Below, piece by piece: positions 12,471 through 23,340 of a stretch of 64,000 nt of DNA. The notes below the pieces were generated by a model. It was not told where the DNA came from. It did no database searches and saw nothing but the letters and a program-made list of their open reading frames with translations. The position numbers were made by a program, and so were the translations under genes. Within the stretch, counting starts at the first letter, position 1. Each line of letters begins with the position of its first letter. Source of the DNA: an uncultured Phycisphaerales bacterium (GTDB lineage Bacteria > Planctomycetota > Phycisphaerae > Sedimentisphaerales > Anaerobacaceae); contig CAVYYI010000003.1 of the NCBI GenBank assembly GCA_963772725.1, forward strand, positions 96,001 through 160,000, read 5' to 3'.

Positions 12471-12950
12471 TTAATATCTTGCGCGAATCCAACTGGCGGA
12501 AGTAATCTGCCTGGAATTGATATAAATCTTTACAGTTACACGTACAAAACGGCTGCCGTGGTGAGCGACTACCTGATTAAAATTCGATGCGCTGACATTT
12601 TCAACAGTAATCCGCTGACTAAAGGCTGGAAAACTGGTCAGGATATCGCATCCCGCGCTAATCGGGGGGCAGAAATTTTTGCCGTCGAAATCATCCAGGT
12701 CGTCATAAGCGGCAAGGGTGGCTTCCTCGGCACCGAATGTCGTGGTGTCGGTCTGAGGGTCAACTACCGGGAGCATAGTGGTGAGTTCTCGTATCTGCTC
12801 AATCAAAAATTCGGCAGTGGATAAATTGGCGCCTATGCCGTTGGCTTTTGTAAAGGCCATATTTGCTCCAAGCAGGGATGCTATCGCAAGACCCACCAAT
12901 AAAGTTGCAATCAGCACCTCAACAAGAGTAAAAGCTTTTAAGTTTTTCAT
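12471..12950 (-). CDS. Prepilin-type protein (PilV-like minor pilin)
   Basis: KAFTLVEVLIATLLVG class III signal peptide. Confidence 0.85.
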   Translation of the reverse strand: MKNLKAFTLVEVLIATLLVGLAIASLLGANMAFTKANGIGANLSTAEFLIEQIRELTTMLPVVDPQTDTTTFGAEEATLAAYDDLDDFDGKNFCPPISAGCDILTSFPAFSQRITVENVSASNFNQVVAHHGSRFVRVTVKIYINSRQITSASWIRARY

Positions 12951-12963
12951 ATTTTGGGCCTGT

Positions 12964-14094
12964 TTATTTGCCGGTAACAGCACTTGACATTTTGAAAATC
13001 GGCAGAATGATACTCATAGCGATAAAGCCTACGAGTACGCCCATCAAGACAATCATTATAGGCTCAATCATAGATGTTACGGTTTTAATCGTAGTTTTGA
13101 GTTCCCTGCCATAAAATTCAGACACATCTTTTAACACATCGCAGAGCGTTCCGGAATCCTCGCCGCTTTTTATCATCTGGACAACATTGCCCGGCATCAA
13201 GTTATACTGGTTGAGGCTGAGGGCGATTTTTCTTCCCTGCCTGACGTTTTCGTGGACGCCGAGCCACATATTTTTGAAGAGGGTGTTTCCGGAAATTTGG
13301 GCTGTTATAGCGAGCGTATCGAGAATTGGCACACCGGACTGCATTAAAACGCCCATAGTGTGCAGGCATCTTGTAATATAAAGATTTCTGCAGAGAGTTT
13401 TCATAAGAGGGACGGTAAGTTTGACCTTGTCCCACCAGGCACGTCCGACTTTGGTGTGGATAAAATAAATAAAGACACCGACGGCGATGGCAACGACGGG
13501 CACAACCAAAAACCAGTAAGAGCGGAGGAAAAAGCTGCCCGCCATAAGTATTTTAGTAGGCGCTGGGAGAAGGTCCTCTCTGCCGGCAAAAATGGCGGTA
13601 AATCGGGGCAGTACAAAGCAGAGCAAGAAAACAGTTACCGAGACAGCCATTACAGCGATAATAACCGGATAAACCATAGCTCCTTTAACCTGAGAGCGTG
13701 TTTCGGCCTCCTGGTCGAGGTACTCGAACTAATTTCTGGAGCATAGAGCTAAGCGAACCGGAAACTTCGGCGGCAGCGATCATATTAATATACAGATTAG
13801 TGAAGGTATCCTGATGCTCACCAAGTGCCTGTGAAAAACTCTGTCCTTCTTCGATTCTTTTTTTGAGGTCGATGATGATGGTTTTGAATTTGAGATTGGT
13901 CTGCTGCTCACCAATAGATTCAAGAGCATCCTGCAGGCTGATGCCAGCACGAATCATAACGGAGAGCTGATTTGTGAAGTTGAGAATGTCTTTTCTGCCA
14001 GGGCCAAATTCAAATCTTAAATTTCGCGCGGTAATTTAGCATTAGCAGTTTTTTGCTGACGATTTTGTAAAGCCAACGCAGATTGTTCGGTCAT
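12964..14094 (-). CDS. pilC: Type IV pilus/T2SS platform protein PilC/GspF (two frameshifts)
   Basis: FTNQLSVMIRAG, MVYPVI, SGEDSGTL, IEPIMIVLMG motifs across ORFs 13685-13957 and 12964-13677. Confidence 0.9.
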
Positions 14095-14109
14095 AATATC
14101 ACCTTTGTT

Positions 14110-15210
14110 TTAAGAATTCACCGGTTCAAGCTCTTCGGCAGGTTTGAGCAGCTTATCCATTTTTATGGGATTTGTGGACCTTGTAACAGCTTCATCCCTG
14201 TCAAGATAACCTCTCGAATACATATCCGCGATGCTGAAATCCATAGTCTGCATTCCCAGTCTCCGGCTGGTTTCAATGACGTTCGGAATTTCGAAAATTC
14301 TGTTTTCGCGGATGCAGTTTCTAACAGCGGAGGTGCACAAAAGAATTTCAATACAGGGTACCATTCCCGGTTCGTCAACACGGCGGAAGAGGGTCTGAGA
14401 AATAACAGCCTGGAGAGTATTGGCGAGCATTGTTCGTATCTGATTCTGCTGACTGGCGGGGTAAATATCAATAATACGTTCGACAGTCTGTGAGGCATTG
14501 ACCGTATGCAGTGTGCTGAAGACAAGGTGGCCGGTCTCGGCGGCAGTAATCGTCGAGCTTGTAGTTTCGAGGTCTCGCATTTCACCGACCATAATCACAT
14601 CGGGGTCCTGGCGTAAGACATGTTTGAGTCCCGAGGCGAAATTAGGACAATCAGAACCAATTTCCCGCTGCTCAATCATACATTTGTTATTTGAAAGCTG
14701 ATATTCAACGGGGTCCTCAATCGTAATGATGCGTTCTCTATATTTTTCATTAATGACATTCAACATTGAAGCGAGGGTTGTGCTTTTTCCTGAACCCGTA
14801 TGGCCCGTAACAAGGACAAGGCCTCTCGGCAACTCCGTAAGTTCAGCAACTATCGCTGGCAGATGCAAAGCGTCAATTTTCGGAATTTTGTTTGGAATTA
14901 CCCTGAATGAAATGGCAATAGTATCCCTCTGATAATGGGCGTTAACGCGAAAGCGGTGTCCATCGTCGAGAGTGGTGGAAAAGTCAATGTCTCTATTTGT
15001 CTCAAAAGTTTTGAACCTGTCACTGCCGACCATAGAGAGTACCATTTGTTTGGCATCTTCATTGCTGACGGCATTAAAATTGGCTTTAAGCGTATCCATC
15101 GCAATGAGGTTTGTGTTTTTTCGAAAAATAGGCGGCATATCAACATTGATATGAATATCACTTGCCCCCTGTATTATTGATTCTTCGAGTATAACTTTAA
15201 CATCTATCAT
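14110..15210 (-). CDS. pilT: PilT/PilU family retraction ATPase
   Basis: ASDIHI, GHTGSGKSTT, TIEDPVEY, LRQDPDVIMVGEMRD, AETGHLVFSTLHT, AVRNCIRE. Confidence 0.95.
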   Translation of the reverse strand: MIDVKVILEESIIQGASDIHINVDMPPIFRKNTNLIAMDTLKANFNAVSNEDAKQMVLSMVGSDRFKTFETNRDIDFSTTLDDGHRFRVNAHYQRDTIAISFRVIPNKIPKIDALHLPAIVAELTELPRGLVLVTGHTGSGKSTTLASMLNVINEKYRERIITIEDPVEYQLSNNKCMIEQREIGSDCPNFASGLKHVLRQDPDVIMVGEMRDLETTSSTITAAETGHLVFSTLHTVNASQTVERIIDIYPASQQNQIRTMLANTLQAVISQTLFRRVDEPGMVPCIEILLCTSAVRNCIRENRIFEIPNVIETSRRLGMQTMDFSIADMYSRGYLDRDEAVTRSTNPIKMDKLLKPAEELEPVNS

Positions 15211-15254
15211 AATTAAAACCTCCTGACGCGGCATGAAGGCCGCAACCAAACTCT

Positions 15255-15290
15255 AAGCACTAAGCTCAAAGCACAAAACAAATTAAAATA
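15255..15290 (+). repeat. Dispersed intergenic repeat, copy 2
   Basis: AAGCACTAAGCTCAAAGCACAAAACAAATTAAAATA, inverted relative to 9811-9846. Confidence 0.7.
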
Positions 15291-15360
15291 TACAAACTCA
15301 AAATTCAAAATATCCTGGAAAAAGCGATTAGCTTTCCAGATAGTAATACATATAGTTTTA

Positions 15361-17199
15361 TCAACTATTATCGGTCATTTCGGTAACGCGGATAATCTCC
15401 TCGATTGTAGTCAAACCGCTTTTTAATTTTTTGAGACCATCGTCGAAAAGGCTTGCCTGGCCGCTTTCACGAAACGCACGTCGCATATTACTAACCGAGA
15501 CATCAGTATTAATTATATTGCGGAAATTATCATCGACGACAAGGAGTTCATAAATACCCATTCTTCCTGAATAACCGGAACCCCTGCAAGCTTCACAGCC
15601 GGCGCCGTGGAACAATTCATTGGTATTGACGCCATGTTTTGCCAGATACTCGGTCATTTTATCCGAAACTTTGTGAGGTTCCTTGCATTTCGGGCAGATT
15701 TTTCGTACGAGTCTCTGAGCCAGAACGGCATTGAGGGATGCGGCAATGAGGTAAGCGTCCACGCCGATATTAACCAGTCTTGTAACACTGCTGGGGGCAT
15801 CATTGGTGTGAAGAGTTGAGAGGACAAGGTGCCCCGTAAGAGCTGCCTGGACGGCGATTTTCGCTGTTTCATTATCGCGGATTTCGCCTATCATTATGAT
15901 GTCAGGGTCCTGTCGCAGAAGGCTTCTTAAGGCGGAGGCAAAATTTAGTCCCGTTTTATCATTAGTCTGTACCTGATTGCAGAAATCAAGTTCGTATTCA
16001 ACGGGGTCTTCGACAGTAGAGACATTCAGTTTCTCACCATCCATCTGACTTAAAGCTGAGTATAGTGTGGTGTCTCTACCGGAGCCCGTAGGCCCTGTAA
16101 CAAGGAGTATTCCATGGGGCATATCAATCTGCCGTCGAAATGTTTCCGTTACGTCAGGCTCCATTCCCAATTGCTCGAGGCCTCTTAAAATAGATTTGCT
16201 GTCGAGTACGCGTATAACGACTTTTTCTCCGCGGTTAGTCGGGAGAGTTGAAACTCTCAGGTCGATTGCTCTTCCGCCAATAACGACGGAAATTTTACCA
16301 TCCTGGGGCAGTCGTCTTTCAGAAATGTCGAGATTGGCCATAATCTTAACACGTGAAACAACGGCAGGATGCATTTTAAGCGGGGCCTGCATTATTTCAA
16401 ACAGGACGCCGTCTATACGATACCTGATTCTACTGAACTTGTTTTTAGGCTCAATATGAATATCACTGGCGTTTTCACGAATAGCGTTGCTAATAAGATA
16501 ATTGACAAACTTTATGACTGGAGACTCGCCTGCCATTTTGGCGAGGTCATCAATGTCTTTCTGCTCTTCCTGAATAACCTCGACCTCGGTCATATCGCTT
16601 ATTATGTCATCGACGCAGTATTCTTCAGTGGTTTCAGAACTTTCTTTTTCCACGAAAAATTTACAGGTCACATCAATGTCATCCTCCCCGCAGACCACAA
16701 CTTTTAAGGGCATCTTGACCTGTCTTTTTACATCTTCAATCGTGAAGAGATTTGTCGGCTCGGTAGTTGCAACGACGAGTGTATTATCTTCTATGGCAAC
16801 CGGTATTATATGATTATCTTTTATAAAGTCGGGGCTTAATTTTTCAAAAACGGTTTTTTCAATATTCTGCGGTTCAATTCGCCTAAATTCCAAATCGTAT
16901 AATTTGGCCTTTGCCATTAAAATATCAAGTTTACTAACGAGTTTTTCATTGATGAGGATGGTTTCTGAATCGACGTTAGGATTGGCGGCGCGTTTGCTTT
17001 GCAGATATTTGAACTGGTCAGAAGTAAGCTTGTCCAAATCCAGCAAGACATCGATAATATCGTATCCGGAAACAGCGGTATCGCTGTCGGAATCCGAGAC
17101 GGATTTATCAGGAGTGTAAATATCGCTTAATCCGCGAATTTCCGTATCCTGAATATCGAACCCTTCAACCATCTCTTCTTTTGTTATGCCTTTTATCAT
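15361..17199 (-). CDS. pilB: PilB/GspE extension ATPase
   Basis: ASDIHIEP, ERRLPQDG, LRQDPDIIMIGEIRD, tetracysteine motif. Walker A reads GPTGSGRDT (probable sequencing error). Confidence 0.93.
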   Translation of the reverse strand: MIKGITKEEMVEGFDIQDTEIRGLSDIYTPDKSVSDSDSDTAVSGYDIIDVLLDLDKLTSDQFKYLQSKRAANPNVDSETILINEKLVSKLDILMAKAKLYDLEFRRIEPQNIEKTVFEKLSPDFIKDNHIIPVAIEDNTLVVATTEPTNLFTIEDVKRQVKMPLKVVVCGEDDIDVTCKFFVEKESSETTEEYCVDDIISDMTEVEVIQEEQKDIDDLAKMAGESPVIKFVNYLISNAIRENASDIHIEPKNKFSRIRYRIDGVLFEIMQAPLKMHPAVVSRVKIMANLDISERRLPQDGKISVVIGGRAIDLRVSTLPTNRGEKVVIRVLDSKSILRGLEQLGMEPDVTETFRRQIDMPHGILLVTGPTGSGRDTTLYSALSQMDGEKLNVSTVEDPVEYELDFCNQVQTNDKTGLNFASALRSLLRQDPDIIMIGEIRDNETAKIAVQAALTGHLVLSTLHTNDAPSSVTRLVNIGVDAYLIAASLNAVLAQRLVRKICPKCKEPHKVSDKMTEYLAKHGVNTNELFHGAGCEACRGSGYSGRMGIYELLVVDDNFRNIINTDVSVSNMRRAFRESGQASLFDDGLKKLKSGLTTIEEIIRVTEMTDNS

Positions 17200-17207
17200 T
17201 TTATTAC

Positions 17208-17933
17208 CTAATTCTGACTATCCGCGGTTAGTTTAAGAATAATCTCCACTGTTTCGGTTTCGATGTTATTGCCTTTGGTGGGAAGCTTCGGGTCATGAGC
17301 AGATTCAAGTTTAACAGAGTCGTTTGTAATTTTTCGTACAACAAAACCGCCTATTGAATCACCCTGGTAAAGAATTTTATCGTCAATCATACAGCAGTTT
17401 CCTCGCGCGTCACTCATTATACTCAGAAGCTGGAGACTTCTTGCCTGCTGCCTTATCTGTTCTTCCCTGCTGCCAGCGTCATTGTCGTTAGCGTAGGAGG
17501 AACCAAGAATTTGGCTCATTATTTTGCTGATACTCTCAAGCATGAAAGGGTTCTTGGCTAGTTTTTTAATCTGTATATTCTGGACATTTCCCATACTGCC
17601 GAATTTATCAATAATTCTTTCGAGGCCGTCAAACATTTCAGATTTGACGCCTGTAAGTTTCGCAATAGCCGTCTCTATTTGTGCCTCTTCAGCAGTCACA
17701 CCGGACTGATTTGCGGACGCAGCGGCAGGAGTACTCTTTTTAATCATAAACAAAATGCATAAGAGCCCTACCACGAATAAAACCATTAGAAGTATAGTGC
17801 TGTTACGCACTTTTTTCGGTTGAGCTGTTACGACAAAGTCCTGTCCCTGCTGTTCAGTGTTTTCCTGAGGCTGAGAGGCGCCGGGCTTGCCACGTGATAA
17901 AATACTTTCAGAATCTCGTAAAAAAGACAGCAT
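17208..17933 (-). CDS. Hypothetical single-TM pilus-cluster protein (PilP/GspB-like position)
   Basis: TM helix, NPF motif, C-terminal LQLLSIM...CMIDDKILYQGDSIGGFVV domain; sits between pilO and pilB. Confidence 0.55.
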   Translation of the reverse strand: MLSFLRDSESILSRGKPGASQPQENTEQQGQDFVVTAQPKKVRNSTILLMVLFVVGLLCILFMIKKSTPAAASANQSGVTAEEAQIETAIAKLTGVKSEMFDGLERIIDKFGSMGNVQNIQIKKLAKNPFMLESISKIMSQILGSSYANDNDAGSREEQIRQQARSLQLLSIMSDARGNCCMIDDKILYQGDSIGGFVVRKITNDSVKLESAHDPKLPTKGNNIETETVEIILKLTADSQN

Positions 17934-18003
17934 AATTATGCTCCATTCAAATTTTTCAAATTTCTCTTTTTTTTAACTAACCACTATAAACTCGAAATTA
18001 AAT

Positions 18004-18555
18004 CTATCCGGCCTTGTTCTGGAAAAAAATACTAATGACGAAATTAGCAGTTACCTGTCCGTCAGTCTGGTCGAGCGTACCACCCTTGAGTCTTCCAAGC
18101 TCGAGCTGCCTTATCTTCATTATTCGAGGCAGTCTCTCAATCTCGAGCAGGAATGAATAAAAGGAATTGAAGTCCCCAGTAAGCTCCATTTTCAGGGGCT
18201 GCTCGACATATCCGCTATTGTCCTTTATCTTCAATGCCCTGATGGTCTTAGGAGTAAGACCTTCTTTTTGCGCAATGACTGTAACCTGCTCAAGAACTTT
18301 GTGTATCTCGCTGGTAGGCGGGAGCTTATCTTCGAGCATCTTAACAGCCTGCTGGAGTTCAACGAGCTGCTTATTCCAGTCCTTGACCGCAGCGGCCGCT
18401 TTTTCAAACTCCGCAAGTTTTCCCAGCTCTTTCTGTACCTGGGCTTTTTTTTCCTTCAAATCATTATTGGCGGGCTTAATCATATATTGATAGGAAATGC
18501 ACGTTACCCCAACCAAAAAAATAAAAAACACAAGTTTTCTTGAATTGCCGCTCAT
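18004..18555 (-). CDS. pilO: Type IVa pilus alignment protein PilO
   Basis: TM plus coiled coil, KLPPTSEI, GDFNSFYSFLLEIERLPRI. Confidence 0.88.
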   Translation of the reverse strand: MSGNSRKLVFFIFLVGVTCISYQYMIKPANNDLKEKKAQVQKELGKLAEFEKAAAAVKDWNKQLVELQQAVKMLEDKLPPTSEIHKVLEQVTVIAQKEGLTPKTIRALKIKDNSGYVEQPLKMELTGDFNSFYSFLLEIERLPRIMKIRQLELGRLKGGTLDQTDGQVTANFVISIFFQNKAG

Positions 18556-18585
18556 ACTTTTTCACCTTACCTGTTTATAAACTTA

Positions 18586-19341
18586 TTATTTTAAATTAGC
18601 CGATAAATTTTCTACTTTGATTCGTTCCAAATCCTTGATTGTAACGTGAGCATCTTTTCTGACGATAGCAGTCAATTTGAACTGCCTGAAACCCGAATCC
18701 TCATTAGCCTTACTGGTACCAGAGCTGAGGTTTTTATATTCCTTCGATTCGACGAGTTCCACATCATCGAGCAAGGCGAGACCCCCGAGACGTTCGATAT
18801 AGGAGGCAACTTGAAGGTCACTTGGGGCAATACCTTCTATCTCAATCTGCGTTTCGAGGAGTCTTTCAGGAGAAACTTCGGGCTGTGCCTGTTCGCCTTT
18901 TTCGGCCTTTGCAAGCTGATATTTATTTGCCGGCGGTGCGGGCTGCGCCTTAGGACGCGATTTAACCGCATTTATTTCCTTCTGCAGACAATTTATTTTT
19001 AAAAGGGACGTTCCGGCGGGCAGATTATTAGTTAAAGAGGCGACTAAAATACTGCGAGGCACAGTCTCGATAAGGTCAGAGGCGGTAACGGCAGTTTTTA
19101 ACATGGTTTTAAGGGTACTCTGAACCTCATCAAATTTTTTCATATTTTCCTGAGCCTGGACTACTTTAGTATTAACAAGCTTTTCCTGCTCTTTCAACTC
19201 TTTCTGTCTGACTTTGATAGCGGCGAACGAGCCTGCCAAGCCAACCATGACAATCAAAAACAGAACGAGATAGAACAGATTTGTTCTATGGGATTCGCTG
19301 CCCTGAATATAATCATCCGGTACAAAGTTTATATTAAGCAT
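18586..19341 (-). CDS. pilN: PilN-domain protein
   Basis: NINFVP N-terminal motif, TM, coiled coil, IEGIAPSDLQVASYI. Confidence 0.85.
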   Translation of the reverse strand: MLNINFVPDDYIQGSESHRTNLFYLVLFLIVMVGLAGSFAAIKVRQKELKEQEKLVNTKVVQAQENMKKFDEVQSTLKTMLKTAVTASDLIETVPRSILVASLTNNLPAGTSLLKINCLQKEINAVKSRPKAQPAPPANKYQLAKAEKGEQAQPEVSPERLLETQIEIEGIAPSDLQVASYIERLGGLALLDDVELVESKEYKNLSSGTSKANEDSGFRQFKLTAIVRKDAHVTIKDLERIKVENLSANLK

Positions 19342-19364
19342 AATTTTTCCTGCCTTCCTTTAAA

Positions 19365-20288
19365 TTATGATAGGCTAAGCCCAAAGGCGGTAGCCCAGTT
19401 AATCTGCGAACCTCTGCGGTCAATTCCGGCTTCGTACAAGTTTTCAATTGCGGCTAGACAGTCTCCCATCTGTGCAGGCAATTCCATTTGCTTTGCAATC
19501 GCGGCCAATATAGCCCTATCAGCCATTTGACTCGAAAGAAAAACTATTCGCTCAATTTGAGATTTTTTATACATAGAGGCAAACATTTTTCTTGAGACAT
19601 TGAGTTCAAAAACAAGTTTTTTTACGGCATCTTCGGCCCCAAGCCGTTCCATACCAAGCGGTATCGAGTGAGCAAAAAGGATATTCTTATGTCTGCAGAT
19701 GACAAGGTTAGTAGAATCCTGCTCCATTTCAAGAAGGATAACGACAGCCTGAAGGTCACTTTTTCTTCTGCCAAAAAACCTTGTGTACACGTTAACTAGC
19801 GCCAGAGGCCAGACACCTATTGATTTAATATGCAGGTTTGCTTTTTCATATATCGCGAGGTGCCTGTCAATTTTCGCTCTTGGAACCGCTATTACCATTA
19901 CATTATCTTCATCGCATGGAATGCACTTTATAACCGCGTCATCCGGTTCAAAAGGCAGTTTTTTCTTAACTTTCGCGAAAACGGCGGCGTCAAGCTTGCC
20001 GCTCTCCGCAGCGGTTATTTTCAAATGGTCAATAAATACCTCATTGGCAGGCATTGCAGCTATGACCTCTCTGCCAATAAATTTGCCATTGGATGTCATT
20101 TTTTTAACAGCTTCCATAGCCCATTTCTGCCATTCACTGCTGGCCGATGCAATAGTAACAGGTCTATTTTCAGATGCTCCCGAAGCTAAACTAACCGTAT
20201 TTCCGTTGCGCCTAAACTGCGCAATCTTCACAACGTTATTGCCAATATCCACTCCGGCTGGAAAAACCTGCTTCCTCCAGAGCCACAT
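19365..20288 (-). CDS. pilM: PilM-like actin-fold pilus protein
   Basis: GVDIGNNVVKIAQ start, WATAFGLSL end; first gene of the M-N-O run. Confidence 0.8.
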   Translation of the reverse strand: MWLWRKQVFPAGVDIGNNVVKIAQFRRNGNTVSLASGASENRPVTIASASSEWQKWAMEAVKKMTSNGKFIGREVIAAMPANEVFIDHLKITAAESGKLDAAVFAKVKKKLPFEPDDAVIKCIPCDEDNVMVIAVPRAKIDRHLAIYEKANLHIKSIGVWPLALVNVYTRFFGRRKSDLQAVVILLEMEQDSTNLVICRHKNILFAHSIPLGMERLGAEDAVKKLVFELNVSRKMFASMYKKSQIERIVFLSSQMADRAILAAIAKQMELPAQMGDCLAAIENLYEAGIDRRGSQINWATAFGLSLS

Positions 20289-20540
20289 TATTTTTTGAAT
20301 ACTTTGAAAAAAATTATTTTTGTTTAACATTAATAAATACACCTACTAAAAAACGCCCTCTGTCGCTCTTTTATAATCACTCCAAAAGCTTTCCCCAGTT
20401 TTTGGGAAAAAGCTGTACACGGAAAGTATAAGAAACAAAATCCTAATTCGCCAAATCGAATTCAATGTTAAATCTCGGCTTTTTGAGGCTAAGTAATTAG
20501 AAGCAAACGAAGAGGTTTATGTAAAGTCTGATAAAATCGC

Positions 20541-22988
20541 TTAACTGGAAAGTTTTTTTATGGTCAGGCCAAGCAATTCTGCTGTTTGGCTGGTATTTTC
20601 ATCGAGGAGGTTGATTCGGAATTGTTTGAGGCCAAAAGATTTAAAATGAGAAATAAATTCGGAGCAGGATTTTATCTGGCCGTTAAAAACTGTGCAGCGG
20701 CAGGCGGCATCGGCTATGACCGGATGGCGTACAGAGAAGCAGTCCTGCAACTCAAGTTTTTTTCGGCAAGCCTTATGGCAATCGCGGTTATCTTTTCCTT
20801 TTGAAAGTCTCGCGGCAAAAATGCAATGCTCGGTATAAAACATCGGAATATGGTCATGGATAACTATTTCAAATAAATCGGGAGTAGTCCGGCTAATCAG
20901 AGCCGGTATTTGTTCAATATTGAGGTCGCAGGACGGAGTCAGCCTGGCCAGTCCCCAATCTGCCAGAACTTGTGAGGAGATTTCATTTGCGACGTTAAGG
21001 GTATAATCACCGATTAAGTTTAGCCCAGGGGCGTGCTTTTTGATATACGCGGCGGCGGCAAGGTTTCTGACCAGAACGGAGTCACATTCAGAATTAATAA
21101 TATCATCGAGAAAATGTTCTTCGCCAGGCTTAATAATCCGCAAAGAAGCTAAGGCGACAGGCAGGTGCACATCGCGACATCGACTAACCGCGTCGGCATT
21201 GAGAGAATCGTCCATAAAATCACAGTAAATCATCGCAAGACTTTTCCCATCGCTTTGGAGATACCATTGCAGAACAGCATCAAACTGCTCGGCTGTGCGA
21301 ACCAGGACATATAGACGGTCGGTTTCGATTTGAGCTGCTGAAGGCACATCCTTAATTCGGCGGCGAATTCTTTCAAGTTCGTCTATGCTGCTGACGGCAT
21401 GCCGATAGTTGGCTTTGCGAAGATTCATAAGTTTTTCTATGCCGTCTCTTCTTAAATTATTAAGGACGCTTTTGGGAACCATAACAGGGTCAAGTTTTTC
21501 GGCTTTAACCTCGCTGAGTTCGAAGGGCGTTCCACCAAGACGGCTAAAATGGTCATTTACCAAATCAATCGTAAGGGGATGCTTATCAGCTTTTTCGAGC
21601 GGCTGCGGCCAGGTTACCTGGACTTTGTTTTGGCAATCATCGCTGATAATTATTTTGAGAGGCTGGCCAATAACCGCGAAGACACTGATATTAAGCGGTA
21701 CAGGATTTACTACATCTACTTTAGAGAAGGATTTTTCGAGAATTTTGCGGACGGCGGGGTCATCGGTTTTCCAGACAAGGCTTTGTGGGGCAATCTGGGT
21801 TAAATCAACATCGTTTCTGCCAAAGGCGATGGACAGTTTTTTCGGATTATTGGCGAAAGCCTCTACTTTATATAAACGGCCGCCCTGCTCGGGAATATCG
21901 GGGTGAGTCTGGTCAAAAACAACACCGTCGCCTGGCTTGAGAGGAGCTTTGGGGCCAGATAAGTCATCTGCCAGTTCAACAATTACACCTGCGGGTTTGA
22001 TTTCCGCGACGGTTCCAACAAAAAGGCCTCGTCCTTTTGGAAATCTGCCGTCCACAAGCTCCTGATGATTTTTTCCCGCCAAAAAGCCCTCAGTAAAACC
22101 GCGTGAAAAGCCTTGAATAAGATTTAATTGCTGTTCGGCGGATAAATGAAAGGCTTTGTTTTGCAGGGCATGGTTGAGAGCATCGCGGTAAGCGGCGACG
22201 GCGGCGGCAACATAGTTGGCATTTTTGAGCCTGCCTTCGATTTTAAAGCCTTTGATACCGAGGTTCACAAGTTCGCGGATATGTTTGTACGCGGCAAGGT
22301 CCTTGGGGCTGAGTAAATATCTTTTGTCACAGCTTTCATCAATTTTACCATCAACAATGAGCTTATAGGGCATACGGCATAATTGAGCACATATACCGCG
22401 ATTTGCACTTCGGCCTGTCAGAGACAGGCTCGCGAGGCATTGGCCGCTGTAAGAAATACACAAAGCGCCGTGGACAAAAACCTCAAGCTCAACGGCGGTT
22501 TTTTGCGCTATATCGCTAATCTGCTCAATTGATAACTCGCGGGCGAGAATTACGCGTTTGATGCCGATTTGGGCGACAAGATTAATTCCGCCTGAGTCGG
22601 TAAGGGTCATCTGTGTTGAGGCATGAACCGGCAGTTCCGGGGACATTTTTGAAACCAGGTACGCAAGGCCCAAATCCTGAACAATGACCGCGTCGGCGCC
22701 GGCGTGAGCGATAGCTATTATATATTCAGCGGCCTTTGGCAGTTCATCGGGGAAAATCAGGGTGTTGAAAGTGATGTAGGCCTTAACGTTATGGCGATGC
22801 AGAAAATCCACTGAGGCTTCGAGTTTATCGAGGGGGAAATTCTCCGCCCGGCGGCGGGCGTTAAATTCAGGCAGGCCAAAATAAACCGCGTCGGCGCCGT
22901 TGGCGACGGCGGCTTTTAAGGCGTCCATATTTCCAGCGGTCGCCAAAAGTTCGGCCTGTTTTTTAATATCTTTTCGCAATTTTGTCAT
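20541..22988 (-). CDS. U32 family protein with DUF3656-like domain (RlhA-like RNA hydroxylation protein)
   Basis: GADAVYFG..FNAR, HASTQ, EVFVHGALCISYSGQC, NRGICAQLCR, KIEGRLK. Confidence 0.9.
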   Translation of the reverse strand: MTKLRKDIKKQAELLATAGNMDALKAAVANGADAVYFGLPEFNARRRAENFPLDKLEASVDFLHRHNVKAYITFNTLIFPDELPKAAEYIIAIAHAGADAVIVQDLGLAYLVSKMSPELPVHASTQMTLTDSGGINLVAQIGIKRVILARELSIEQISDIAQKTAVELEVFVHGALCISYSGQCLASLSLTGRSANRGICAQLCRMPYKLIVDGKIDESCDKRYLLSPKDLAAYKHIRELVNLGIKGFKIEGRLKNANYVAAAVAAYRDALNHALQNKAFHLSAEQQLNLIQGFSRGFTEGFLAGKNHQELVDGRFPKGRGLFVGTVAEIKPAGVIVELADDLSGPKAPLKPGDGVVFDQTHPDIPEQGGRLYKVEAFANNPKKLSIAFGRNDVDLTQIAPQSLVWKTDDPAVRKILEKSFSKVDVVNPVPLNISVFAVIGQPLKIIISDDCQNKVQVTWPQPLEKADKHPLTIDLVNDHFSRLGGTPFELSEVKAEKLDPVMVPKSVLNNLRRDGIEKLMNLRKANYRHAVSSIDELERIRRRIKDVPSAAQIETDRLYVLVRTAEQFDAVLQWYLQSDGKSLAMIYCDFMDDSLNADAVSRCRDVHLPVALASLRIIKPGEEHFLDDIINSECDSVLVRNLAAAAYIKKHAPGLNLIGDYTLNVANEISSQVLADWGLARLTPSCDLNIEQIPALISRTTPDLFEIVIHDHIPMFYTEHCIFAARLSKGKDNRDCHKACRKKLELQDCFSVRHPVIADAACRCTVFNGQIKSCSEFISHFKSFGLKQFRINLLDENTSQTAELLGLTIKKLSS

Positions 22989-23063
22989 CCGTAAACCTTT
23001 TTGAGTATCTTACCTTATTTGATGATTCAGTTACAAGCTGAACTTTTGCCGTAAATAAAAATC

Positions 23064-23140
23064 AGACACGGATTCCTTCGACAAGCACAAGACAGATAAC
23101 GCGGTGATTTTAGACACGGATTTACACAGATTAACACTGT
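23064..23140. repeat. Short intergenic repeat patch
   Basis: AGACACGGATT at 23064 and 23112, followed by ACACAGATT; includes CCTTCGACAAGC. Confidence 0.55.
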
Positions 23141-23340
23141 TTTTTATGAAAAAATTAAGGATAAATATATAAGGTAACATATTGCAAACAAAGAACTTAT
23201 AAAAGAGCAACGTAAAAATCATACATAAAAAGCAGAGAGTTTGGGGATTGTAATATGGAAAATCGTATAATTAATAGAAAATTACTTTGATAAAGGGGTA
23301 TTTATTATTGTATAATACGGTATCAGACAGGAGATAATGG

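Noticed and set aside
16066..16095. PilB Walker A reads GSGRDT instead of GSGK(S/T)T, suggesting an inactive ATPase
   Set aside because: AGA GAC versus AAG AGC is explained by a compensating indel pair in an error-prone assembly; all other motifs are intact.
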